Below are positions 9,085 through 17,025 of a DNA stretch of 32,000 nucleotides, piece by piece; position 1 is the stretch's first letter; each line of letters starts with the position of its first letter. The translations under genes were made by a program, and so were the position numbers. The notes under the pieces are model-generated. The model was not told where the DNA came from and made no database searches. It saw only the letters and a program-made list of their open reading frames with translations. Source of the stretch: Synechococcus sp. A15-28 (GTDB lineage Bacteria; Cyanobacteriota; Cyanobacteriia; PCC-6307; Cyanobiaceae); contig NZ_CP047931.1 in the NCBI RefSeq assembly GCF_014280175.1, positions 2,250,001 to 2,282,000 of the forward strand, in the 5' to 3' direction.

Positions 9085-9405
9085 ATGGCACCTCTCATTC
9101 CAGGCGAACTGCTTCCCGAACCGGGTGAACTCGAACTGAATGCAGGCCGACCCGTCACCACGGTGAGCGTCTCCAACAGTGGGGATCGCCCTGTGCAAGT
9201 GGGCTCCCATTTCCATTTCGCCGAAGCCAACGCCGCCCTGCAGTTCGACCGGGCCGCAGCCCGCGGTCAACGGCTCGACATCCCCGCCGGCACGGCCATC
9301 CGCTTTGAACCCGGCGACAGCCGCGACGTGAACCTGATTCCCTTCGCCGGTGCGCGACGCGTCATCGGCTTCAACGGCCAGATCAACGGACCCCTCGACG
9401 CCTGA
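9085..9405 (+). CDS. ureB: urease subunit beta UreB
   Basis: ATG 9085 gives [23 protein letters not shown]...[11 protein letters not shown], a canonical UreB. The track ORF start at 9004 lies inside ureA. Confidence 0.95.
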   Translation: MAPLIPGELLPEPGELELNAGRPVTTVSVSNSGDRPVQVGSHFHFAEANAALQFDRAAARGQRLDIPAGTAIRFEPGDSRDVNLIPFAGARRVIGFNGQINGPLDA

Positions 9406-9408
9406 CCC

Positions 9409-11118
9409 ATGCCCTACCGCATCTCCCGCCAGGCCTACGCCGAGACCTACGGACCCACCACCGGCGACCGGGTTCGCCTGGCCGACACCGAGCTGATCCT
9501 CGAAGTCGAGAAGGATTTCACCGTGTACGGCGACGAGGTGAAGTTCGGCGGCGGCAAGGTGATTCGCGATGGCATGGGCCAGTCCCAGACCCCTCGAGCC
9601 GAGGGCGCCGTCGACACGGTGATCACCAATGCTCTGATCCTGGATTGGTGGGGCATCGTCAAAGCCGATGTCGGACTGAAAGACGGCCGGATCGTGGGCA
9701 TCGGCAAAGCCGGCAACCCCGACACCCAGGAAGGGGTGACCATCGTGGTGGGCCCCGGCACCGAGGCGATCGCTGGGGAAGGTCACATCCTCACGGCCGG
9801 TGGCATCGACACCCACATCCACTTCATCTGCCCCCAGCAGATCGAAACAGCTCTGGCCAGTGGCGTCACCACCCTGATGGGAGGCGGCACTGGACCAGCC
9901 ACCGGCACCAACGCCACCACCTGCACCCCCGGCGCCTTCCACATCGGGCGAATGCTCCAGGCAGCGGAAGGCCTGCCGGTGAATCTGGGCTTCTTCGGCA
10001 AGGGCAACGCCAGCACCCCTGAAGCCCTGGAAGAACAGGTGCGCGCCGGCGCCTGCGGCTTGAAGCTGCATGAAGACTGGGGCACCACACCGGCAACGAT
10101 CGATGCCTGCCTGTCGGTGGCCGACCGGATGGATGTGCAGGTGTGCATCCACACCGACACCTTGAATGAAGCCGGCTTCGTGGAAGACACGATCGCCGCC
10201 ATCAAGGGACGCACCATTCACACCTTCCACACCGAAGGTGCCGGCGGCGGCCATGCACCGGACATCATCAAGATCTGCGGCAAAGCGAATGTGCTGCCAA
10301 GCAGCACCAACCCCACCCGGCCCTACACCCGCAACACGCTTGAGGAGCACCTCGACATGCTGATGGTGTGCCACCACCTCGATCCGAAGATCCCGGAAGA
10401 CGTGGCTTTTGCCGAATCGCGGATTCGCCGCGAAACGATCGCCGCCGAAGACATCCTTCACGACCTGGGCGCCTTCTCGATCATCGCCAGCGACTCCCAG
10501 GCCATGGGGCGCGTGGGCGAAGTGATCACCCGCACCTTCCAGACCGCCCACAAGATGAAGGTGCAGCGCGGTGCACTGCCGGAAGACTCCAACCGCAATG
10601 ACAACTATCGGCTGAAGCGCTACATCGCCAAGGTGACAATCAACCCCGCTCTTGCCCATGGCATCAGCAGCGAGGTGGGCTCGATCGAAACCGGCAAGCT
10701 CGCCGATCTCGTGCTGTGGAAGCCGGGCTTCTTCGGCATTCGCCCGGAACTGGTGGTGAAGGGCGGTTCGATCGTCTGGGCCCAGATGGGCGACGCCAAC
10801 GCCTCGATTCCCACCCCCGGCCCGGTGCACGGCCGGCCGATGTTCGGCGCCTTCGGCAAAGCCCTTGCCCCCAGTTGTCTTACCTTCGTGAGCGCAGCGG
10901 CGATGGATGCCGACATCCAACGTCAGCTGGGACTGGAGCGCACCTGCATGGCGGTGAAGGAGACCCGCAGCGTCGGCAAGAGCGCCCTCAAGCTGAATGC
11001 AGCGCTGCCCAAGGTGAGCGTGGATCCGCAGACCTATGAGGTGTTCGCCGACGGTGAGCTGCTCACCTGTGAGCCCGCCGAGGTGCTGCCCCTCGCCCAG
11101 CGCTACCTGCTGCTTTGA
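9409..11118 (+). CDS. ureC: urease subunit alpha UreC
   Basis: 569 aa with the active-site motifs [17 protein letters not shown] and MVCHHLD. Confidence 0.97.
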   Translation: MPYRISRQAYAETYGPTTGDRVRLADTELILEVEKDFTVYGDEVKFGGGKVIRDGMGQSQTPRAEGAVDTVITNALILDWWGIVKADVGLKDGRIVGIGKAGNPDTQEGVTIVVGPGTEAIAGEGHILTAGGIDTHIHFICPQQIETALASGVTTLMGGGTGPATGTNATTCTPGAFHIGRMLQAAEGLPVNLGFFGKGNASTPEALEEQVRAGACGLKLHEDWGTTPATIDACLSVADRMDVQVCIHTDTLNEAGFVEDTIAAIKGRTIHTFHTEGAGGGHAPDIIKICGKANVLPSSTNPTRPYTRNTLEEHLDMLMVCHHLDPKIPEDVAFAESRIRRETIAAEDILHDLGAFSIIASDSQAMGRVGEVITRTFQTAHKMKVQRGALPEDSNRNDNYRLKRYIAKVTINPALAHGISSEVGSIETGKLADLVLWKPGFFGIRPELVVKGGSIVWAQMGDANASIPTPGPVHGRPMFGAFGKALAPSCLTFVSAAAMDADIQRQLGLERTCMAVKETRSVGKSALKLNAALPKVSVDPQTYEVFADGELLTCEPAEVLPLAQRYLLL

Positions 11119-11223
11119 TCCAAAGCACACCCCAAGGTGTTCTGCATCACCAATTCAGAAGAAAGTTCAAATTGGTATCCGCACGAACGACCGCCAAGAA
11201 TTCAAACCTTGCATAATTCTTTT

Positions 11224-11237
11224 GTAGCAACTGCTAC
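11224..11237 (+). promoter_or_regulatory. consensus NtcA-type box GTA-N8-TAC within a 7+7 inverted repeat
   Basis: TGTAGCA-AC-TGCTACA spans 11223-11238, with perfect 7-bp arms and an exact GTAGCAACTGCTAC core. It lies in the ureC/DUF4278 intergenic region, 85 nt upstream of the DUF4278 ATG. Confidence 0.45.
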
Positions 11238-11240
11238 AGA

Positions 11241-11321
11241 CGTTCACCTTGCTTATTGAAGCAAGGCGCAGTTCGACTCAGGCCATGGAACGGGGACCTG
11301 AGCTTGCTTCGAGGAACCACC
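11241..11321 (+). promoter_or_regulatory. structured 5' leader, candidate glutamine-riboswitch-like (glnA / Downstream-peptide family) element
   Basis: CGTTCACC begins at 11241. Hairpin 1 is CCTTGCTT-ATTG-AAGCAAGG (11247-11266). Hairpin 2 is CTCAGG-(14 nt)-CCTGAG (11277-11302). Its loop contains GAACG (11288-11292), complementary to CGTTC (11241-11245), so a pseudoknot is possible. A second CTTGCTT copy (11303-11309), next to GAGGAA and the ATG, can pair alternatively with AAGCAAG. No covariance model was run. Confidence 0.35.
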
Positions 11322-11489
11322 ATGACGACTCTTCTCTACAGAGGTCAGGCCTACCAGCAGGTCAAGGAGCCTGCACAACAGCAGGGCGTGCAACTCACCT
11401 ACCGCCGCAACGTTTATCAGTCCCGCCAGGCTGATGTGCGTCAGGCCCGTGTTCAACTCACTTACCGCGGCGTCAGCTACCTGCGCTGA
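11322..11489 (+). CDS. DUF4278-family small protein (55 aa)
   Basis: MTTLLYRGQAYQQ...VQLTYRRNVYQ...VQLTYRGVSYLR carries three L-[LT]-Y-R-[GR]-x-x-Y repeats, typical of cyanobacterial DUF4278. The track ORF start at 11256 adds 22 residues with no similarity. Confidence 0.7.
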   Translation: MTTLLYRGQAYQQVKEPAQQQGVQLTYRRNVYQSRQADVRQARVQLTYRGVSYLR

Positions 11490-11500
11490 TACCTGTTGGT

Positions 11501-12175
11501 TCAGGCCACAAGTCGGTTAAGCACGGGCAATTCCAGCAGTTCATCACGCCACTGCTGAGCCCACAGATCCTGACTGCGTTCGTAGAGCTCCATCAGCTCT
11601 TCGACCGCACCTGGGCGGAAATCAACCCGCAGATCCAGCAACGGAAATGCCGCTTCGCCGCTCACCTGCAGAGCGGCGGATGTGCAGCTTGATGCGCGTT
11701 GGTCGCCACCAGCCTGCTCTCCTGCCTGCAGGGCCGTCATCAAACGACGGCCCAGTTTCCAGTTGGGATCACTGGTGAGAAACGTCTGTTCCATCGCCTC
11801 CAGCACCACTTCGCCAGCCAGGCAATTTCCCGCAACCGAAAGGTTGGGATGGTGCCGATGACCCGCCCATCCGCCGCACTCAACTCCAGTCCAGCAAGCA
11901 GTCCGGCCATCAAGATCGATCAGATGGAACTGGCGCCAATCCCGTTGGGGGTCATCCAGCAGAAGGCTGTTCAGCACATCCTGCGCATCCGCATGATGTT
12001 CAAGACGCTCCAGGCCGCAAATTCCCAGATAAGGATTGGTGTGGGCTTGGGTTGCAACGGCACCTACTCCAGATCGGATGTGGGGAACAGTGGAGCCCAC
12101 AGCCAGGTGACAGGTCGCCACGGCAACGCCGAAACGACCGTTGTTGGGATCACGCGCCAGGATTGAGAAGGTCAA
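11501..12175 (-). CDS. DUF1028-family (Ntn-hydrolase-fold) protein
   Basis: It begins (TTG)-TFSILARDPNNGRFGVAVATCHLAVGSTVPHIRSGVGAVATQA, the hallmark DUF1028 N-terminus with Thr2 as the putative N-terminal nucleophile. The TTG start overlaps the upstream stop (TTGA). Confidence 0.8.
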   Translation of the reverse strand: MTFSILARDPNNGRFGVAVATCHLAVGSTVPHIRSGVGAVATQAHTNPYLGICGLERLEHHADAQDVLNSLLLDDPQRDWRQFHLIDLDGRTACWTGVECGGWAGHRHHPNLSVAGNCLAGEVVLEAMEQTFLTSDPNWKLGRRLMTALQAGEQAGGDQRASSCTSAALQVSGEAAFPLLDLRVDFRPGAVEELMELYERSQDLWAQQWRDELLELPVLNRLVA

Positions 12176-13452
12176 GACAGCTCGCGATCCAAACGCTGCA
12201 GAGTCCCCAGCAAGACGGCAGCCCCAGCCCAGCAGTGCTCGTCACTGGTGAATTCCTTGGATGAGTGGCTAAGCCCACCACGGCTGGGGACGAAAATCAT
12301 TCCCATCGGCCAGCGACGTCCGATCTCCTGCGCATCGTGACTGGCACGGCTGGGAAGGTGGCTATGCGACAACCCCAGATCCTCTGCAGCAGAAACGATC
12401 GCTGCCATCACTCCATCCGCTGCAGCTGTGGGTTCCACCTCAAATTGAGGTTCCAACTGGATCGGGCATCCGGTTTCGGCACCGATCCGCTCCACCTGCT
12501 GCATCAACTCAGCCACCAACTGATCGAGCACAACTGAATTCACATCCCGGAGGTCAACGGTCAGCGCCACTGAGCCAGGCACCACATTGGCGGCGTTGGG
12601 CCAGACCTCGAGTCGTCCGACTGTGGCAACGGGATCACCTGGGTGCTGTCTGGCCATCGTCTCCACCGCCAGCACGATCCGGGACGCCGCCACCAAAGCG
12701 TCTTGCCGCAGCTTCATCGGCGTGGTGCCGGCGTGGTTCGGCTGACCATCCACCTGGATGCTGAAACGGCGTTGTCCCACAACGCCCTCCACCACACCGA
12801 TGGCGTCACCGCGTTGCTCGAGCACGCCTCCCTGTTCCACATGGAGCTCGAGAAAAGCAGCACAGGCGTCGTCCGCCCGACGTGCTGAGACCAGCGATGG
12901 CCAGTGACCACCGATACGAGCGAGATTGTCCTCGATCGGTTCCCGATTGCTGGTGGCATAGGCCTTGGGGTCACAGGAAGCCGTACCGGCCATGCCCTTG
13001 CACCCGACCATCGTCGATTCCTCATCGGCGAAGGCGATCAACTCGAGATCGTGCTGAAGACGAATGCTGTTGTCCTGCAGGGAGCGACAAACTTCAAGAC
13101 CTGCCAAAACCCCCAACACACCGTCAAAACGACCACCGGTGGGAACGGTGTCGAGGTGGGAACCGGTCATCAGTGCTGGGCGATCCGGATCCAACCCCTG
13201 AAGCCGACCGATCAGGTTGCCCGCCGTATCGATCCGAACCTGAAGGCCAGCCTCGTTCATCCATCGGGCCAGCAAGGAACGTCCCGCAACGTCCTCAGTC
13301 GAGAAACCCCGTCGACAGACGCTGCCATCGGGCTGCAGCCCAATGGCAGCCATTTCAGCCAAGGAGTGCATCAGACGCTCACGGTTGGGTCGAATGCCCA
13401 CCTGTGCTTTCGACCGAGCAGTGACCTGGCGAGTGGTCAGGAGGGACGGCAA
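12172..13452 (-). CDS. M20-family hydantoinase/carbamoylase-type amidohydrolase (allantoate amidohydrolase / N-carbamoyl-L-amino-acid hydrolase / beta-ureidopropionase group)
   Basis: Contains GSHLDTVPTGGRFDGVLGVLAGLEV, FADEES and a C-terminal SHDA, the metal-ligand motifs of the AmaB/AllC group. Confidence 0.82.
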   Translation of the reverse strand: MPSLLTTRQVTARSKAQVGIRPNRERLMHSLAEMAAIGLQPDGSVCRRGFSTEDVAGRSLLARWMNEAGLQVRIDTAGNLIGRLQGLDPDRPALMTGSHLDTVPTGGRFDGVLGVLAGLEVCRSLQDNSIRLQHDLELIAFADEESTMVGCKGMAGTASCDPKAYATSNREPIEDNLARIGGHWPSLVSARRADDACAAFLELHVEQGGVLEQRGDAIGVVEGVVGQRRFSIQVDGQPNHAGTTPMKLRQDALVAASRIVLAVETMARQHPGDPVATVGRLEVWPNAANVVPGSVALTVDLRDVNSVVLDQLVAELMQQVERIGAETGCPIQLEPQFEVEPTAAADGVMAAIVSAAEDLGLSHSHLPSRASHDAQEIGRRWPMGMIFVPSRGGLSHSSKEFTSDEHCWAGAAVLLGTLQRLDRELS

Positions 13453-13547
13453 TGCAGTGGCCTTCAGATCAAAAGATCAGATCACCATCGCCGCAGCGAC
13501 CCAAACGGCCTGTCGTCAATGCGACGTTTTAACCCTCACCAAAGAAT

Positions 13548-15572
13548 TCAAACGGGCATCAGCACCCGCCACCCGAGGCGATCGGCCTGCTCACGAGCCT
13601 GGGCTGGCACATCGGCCGCTACAAACATCCGATGCAGCATCTGGACACCCAGGAGGTGGTTGATGACGGCATCCATCTGAACCCGCTCGGCGTCGGTGGT
13701 GGCAGGGTCGTCGTGGCGCGCAAACAAGGCACGCACGCCCTCTTTGCTCAACAACCCAGCCGCATCAATCGCTTCATCACTCAGGTAGTCATCAGCCAAC
13801 TGCTTCATTTGCGCCCACTTCTCGGGCTCGGTGTGGGCCGGGGGCGCCAGGAAGGCAAATTTTTCGCGCTTGTAAAGCACCTCCGGCAGCAGACCCGCCA
13901 TGGCCTCCCGCAGCACATATTTCTCAGTTTTTCCCTTGATCCGCAGCTCCGGAGGCACTTGTACCGCCGCAGCCGCCAGATGGTGATCCAGGAAAGCCGG
14001 CCGTGCCTCCATGGAGTTGGCCATGTCGACGCGATCACCTCCCCAGGTGAGGATCTGGCCTTCCAACATTGTTTTGATCCAGACGTACTGAGCCTTGTCG
14101 AGGGCATGGCGACCATCGAGTTGCTGGGGATTCAACTGCTCAGCAATGGCTTTACCTGGCGAGTACTCCACCAACGCCTGACGGTGCTCGTCAGCCAGCA
14201 GATCCGGCACCAGCGGCGCGCAGGCCAGCCAGGGCTGCAGACAGCTGGGGGTGAAGCCCACCACGGCATCAAGATCGGGATCATCCACCTGATCAGCCGC
14301 CAGCATTGCTCCCTGCACCAGGGAATTGTTGGTCTGCAGCAGAGACTCCCAATCATGGCGATCGCTCTGCGACAGGTCCTCCAGACCATGGAGGAACATG
14401 TCACGCCGGAACGCGGGATAGCCACCGAACAGCTCGTCTGACCCTTCCCCAGTCATCACGACTTTGTAGTCGACACTATTGACATGGCGACTCATTAAGT
14501 ATTTGGCCACAGCCAAGGTGTTGTAGATCGTGCGCTCGGTATGCCAGAGCGTTTGTTCCATGTGGCCGTACAACTCACGACCCGACAGACGCATGACGTC
14601 CTGCTCGGCACCGGTGGCCTCCGCCATCTCCGCAGCAATGGGTGTTTCGTCGTAGCGCGCATCATCGAATCCGATCGTGAACGCCTTGACGGGACCCTGA
14701 CTCACCGCCGAAGCAAGACCGAGGATCGAACAACTGTCGATTCCGCCTGAGAGATAACAACCCACGGGCACGTCGGCCACCATCCGCATCTCCACCGCTT
14801 CCAGCAGAGCAGCACGAACATTGGCGATGTGATCAGCCTCCGTGAGGGTGCTGTCCCGCTGATCCAAACGTGGAAAATCGACATCCCAGTAGGTCGACTC
14901 CGACACCTCCAGCCGGTCACTCCTGCGCTGCACCTTCAGCACATGACCAGGCTGAACTTGGTGCACCCCGGCGAAGGCGGTCGTTCCCGGGACCATGGTC
15001 TGCATCAACTGATGAAAGAGACCCTCCGACGTGAAGCGTCGCTCCACGGCCTGGTGAGCAAACAGCACCTTCAACTCGGAGCCGAACACCAACCCCTCCG
15101 GCGTCATCGTCCAGTACTGGGGCTTGATGCCGAAGCGATCCCTCACCAGATAGAGACAGTCATCCGCCGCATCAAACAGAGCAAAGGCGAATTCCCCCCG
15201 CAGCAGAGGCAACGTGGACTCGAGACCCTGCCGTTGATACAGGCGCAACAAAATCTCGGAATCACTCTTCGAGGAGAAACGCACTCCCTGGGCGGTGAGA
15301 TCAGCACGGATGCGCTGAAAGTCGTAGAACTCGCCGTTGTGCGCCATCAGCACCTGCCGGTCGTTGCTGAGAAACGGCTGACGTGCCCGGGATTCGTTCA
15401 GATCAATAATCGACAACCGGGCATGACAGAAGCCGACACCGGCTGCGTCGAGGCATTCCACACCGAAACCATCCGGTCCGCGATGGGACTGGATGGCCGC
15501 CATGTTGACCAACAGCTGGCGATCCAACGTCTGATGACGATCCGCCAGAAACACACCTCCGATTCCGCACAT
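13548..15572 (-). CDS. asparagine synthetase (glutamine-hydrolysing)-like amidotransferase, 674 aa
   Basis: Has the N-terminal MCGIGG (Cys2 Ntn glutaminase nucleophile) and the PP-loop SGGIDS (CYLSGGIDSCS). It is longer than E. coli AsnB. Confidence 0.85.
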   Translation of the reverse strand: MCGIGGVFLADRHQTLDRQLLVNMAAIQSHRGPDGFGVECLDAAGVGFCHARLSIIDLNESRARQPFLSNDRQVLMAHNGEFYDFQRIRADLTAQGVRFSSKSDSEILLRLYQRQGLESTLPLLRGEFAFALFDAADDCLYLVRDRFGIKPQYWTMTPEGLVFGSELKVLFAHQAVERRFTSEGLFHQLMQTMVPGTTAFAGVHQVQPGHVLKVQRRSDRLEVSESTYWDVDFPRLDQRDSTLTEADHIANVRAALLEAVEMRMVADVPVGCYLSGGIDSCSILGLASAVSQGPVKAFTIGFDDARYDETPIAAEMAEATGAEQDVMRLSGRELYGHMEQTLWHTERTIYNTLAVAKYLMSRHVNSVDYKVVMTGEGSDELFGGYPAFRRDMFLHGLEDLSQSDRHDWESLLQTNNSLVQGAMLAADQVDDPDLDAVVGFTPSCLQPWLACAPLVPDLLADEHRQALVEYSPGKAIAEQLNPQQLDGRHALDKAQYVWIKTMLEGQILTWGGDRVDMANSMEARPAFLDHHLAAAAVQVPPELRIKGKTEKYVLREAMAGLLPEVLYKREKFAFLAPPAHTEPEKWAQMKQLADDYLSDEAIDAAGLLSKEGVRALFARHDDPATTDAERVQMDAVINHLLGVQMLHRMFVAADVPAQAREQADRLGWRVLMPV

Positions 15573-15581
15573 CAGTTCGCC

Positions 15582-16769
15582 TCAGATCACATCCATCACG
15601 CGCTCGGCACGATTCACCATGCAGGTGAGCAGTGCCATGCGCACAAACACCGCCCCACGCGCCTGGCTGAAATACCAGTTGTGCGGCGTGTCATCGAGAC
15701 AGGTGCTCAGCTCAGGACCCCGGGCCAGGGGATGCAACACGATCGCCTCCGGCTTGAACGGCAGATCCCGGGTGAGACGAAATCCACCGCCGTGCACCTC
15801 GTAGCTGTCGCCAACCCAGGCAATCGCATTGATGTAGACGACATCCAGATCGGGAATCTCAGCAGCCAGATCTGAACTGCAGCGGATGGACATCCCGCTT
15901 GCTTCCAGTTCCTCCAGCTGGCCTGGATCAAACAAAGGCGCTTCCGACTCCATCTCGGGCGCATGGATCACCACCACCTCCTCCAGGATCTGGGGGAATT
16001 TGCTGAGGATCCGCAGCAGCGAACGCACGGTGCGCATCCGCGACGGCAAACCGATCACCCCGATGCGGATCCGATCCTTCGGGGAGTCCTCTTTCGAAGC
16101 AAGGCTTGGACGCCATTTGAACATCGTGTAGAGATCCGCCATCGCCTGTGTCGGATGCTCATCAATGCCATTACCGGCATTGATGATCGGAATCCGCAGG
16201 GTGGAACTCATGGCGTACACGGCCTCCGGATTGCTGTCGCGCAGCACCACGCAGTCGCCGTAGTTGTTGAACATGTGCGCCACGTCTTCGAGCGACTCCC
16301 CCTTGGCGATGCCGGTGGTGCTGCGATCGGTGATGTTGATCGAATCACCGCCGAGGCGATGCCAGGCGCTGTCGAAGGAAAGGCGTGTGCGCGTGCTGGG
16401 CTCGTAGAACGCGTTGATCAGGATCTTGCCGGTGAGCGGCGTGTTGTGCCGGCAGTAACGGTCTGGGTTGCTCTCGAATTTCGCCGCCAGTCGAAACAAC
16501 TGGAGCAGGGTTTCAGCACGAAATGCCTGAATCGACACCACGTGTTGATCGACAAGATCCACCAACGGCTCACCGTCTTCAGCGATTGCGGCCAAAAGCT
16601 CCTGCGGCTGATTGTGGCCGAACACATCAGGACCCATCGGCTGGAAGCGGAGCGGCGCCGAAGCCTCCTCGATCACGGCTGTGTGGGGTTGTGCCATAAG
16701 CATTTGCATCAACACCCGATTTGCCAGATCGCGTGATGTGCCATGAATCACATCATCCTTCGCTAACAA
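15582..16769 (-). CDS. aspartate/ornithine carbamoyltransferase-fold protein, atypical (unknown second substrate)
   Basis: Carries the carbamoyl-phosphate motifs STRTR and HPTQ and the ATCase-like HPLAR. The ATCase aspartate-loop motif (TRVQKER) is replaced by INAIAWVG. The start is uncertain: TTG 16769, or ATG 16709/16703/16697. Its stop lies 9 nt before the AsnB-like ATG. Confidence 0.75.
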   Translation of the reverse strand: MLAKDDVIHGTSRDLANRVLMQMLMAQPHTAVIEEASAPLRFQPMGPDVFGHNQPQELLAAIAEDGEPLVDLVDQHVVSIQAFRAETLLQLFRLAAKFESNPDRYCRHNTPLTGKILINAFYEPSTRTRLSFDSAWHRLGGDSINITDRSTTGIAKGESLEDVAHMFNNYGDCVVLRDSNPEAVYAMSSTLRIPIINAGNGIDEHPTQAMADLYTMFKWRPSLASKEDSPKDRIRIGVIGLPSRMRTVRSLLRILSKFPQILEEVVVIHAPEMESEAPLFDPGQLEELEASGMSIRCSSDLAAEIPDLDVVYINAIAWVGDSYEVHGGGFRLTRDLPFKPEAIVLHPLARGPELSTCLDDTPHNWYFSQARGAVFVRMALLTCMVNRAERVMDVI

Positions 16770-16873
16770 CGAACCAGCACCCCTGACCAGCTTAAAAGAA
16801 GTTCTTTATACAAATAACTGGCAAATAGTTCGAATGAATACCAAATCCGCCGCAAATTGTTCACTTTGAACAT

Positions 16874-17020
16874 TCACCAGACGCGTCCATTGCGCCACTC
16901 AAACCACCAAATCACCAGCAATGCGAGCACAGAACAGACGAGCGCCACCTGGCTTCCCACCAGGACCAGACCGAACCAGTGTTGATCCACCAGAACCGTG
17001 AGCAGCAACGCATTGGCCAT
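16874..17020 (-). CDS. unannotated 48-aa hydrophobic ORF immediately downstream of the symporter
   Basis: An ATG 5 nt after the symporter stop gives MANALLLTVLVDQHWFGLVLVGSQVALVCSVLALLVIWWFEWRNGRVW*. It is too short for the ORF track. GC-rich codons and a hydrophobic profile are the only support. Confidence 0.35.
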   Translation of the reverse strand: MANALLLTVLVDQHWFGLVLVGSQVALVCSVLALLVIWWFEWRNGRVW

Positions 17021-17025
17021 GGCGT

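Noticed and set aside
9049-11130. 693-aa ORF on the minus strand spanning all of ureC
   Set aside because: It is exactly antisense to a canonical urease alpha gene. The low-complexity Gly/Ala/His/Arg-rich translation is typical of stop-poor shadow frames in GC-rich DNA, and I recognise no motif.
11196-13548. Shared 12-mer AAGAATTCAAAC near 11196 and 13533
   Set aside because: By a rough estimate, tens of 12-mer coincidences are expected by chance within 32 kb, and there is no extended similarity around them.
13632-15875. 269-aa and 348-aa plus-strand ORFs opposite the AsnB-like and transcarbamylase genes
   Set aside because: They are antisense shadows. The minus-strand genes carry definitive motifs (MCGIGG, SGGIDS, STRTR, HPTQ).
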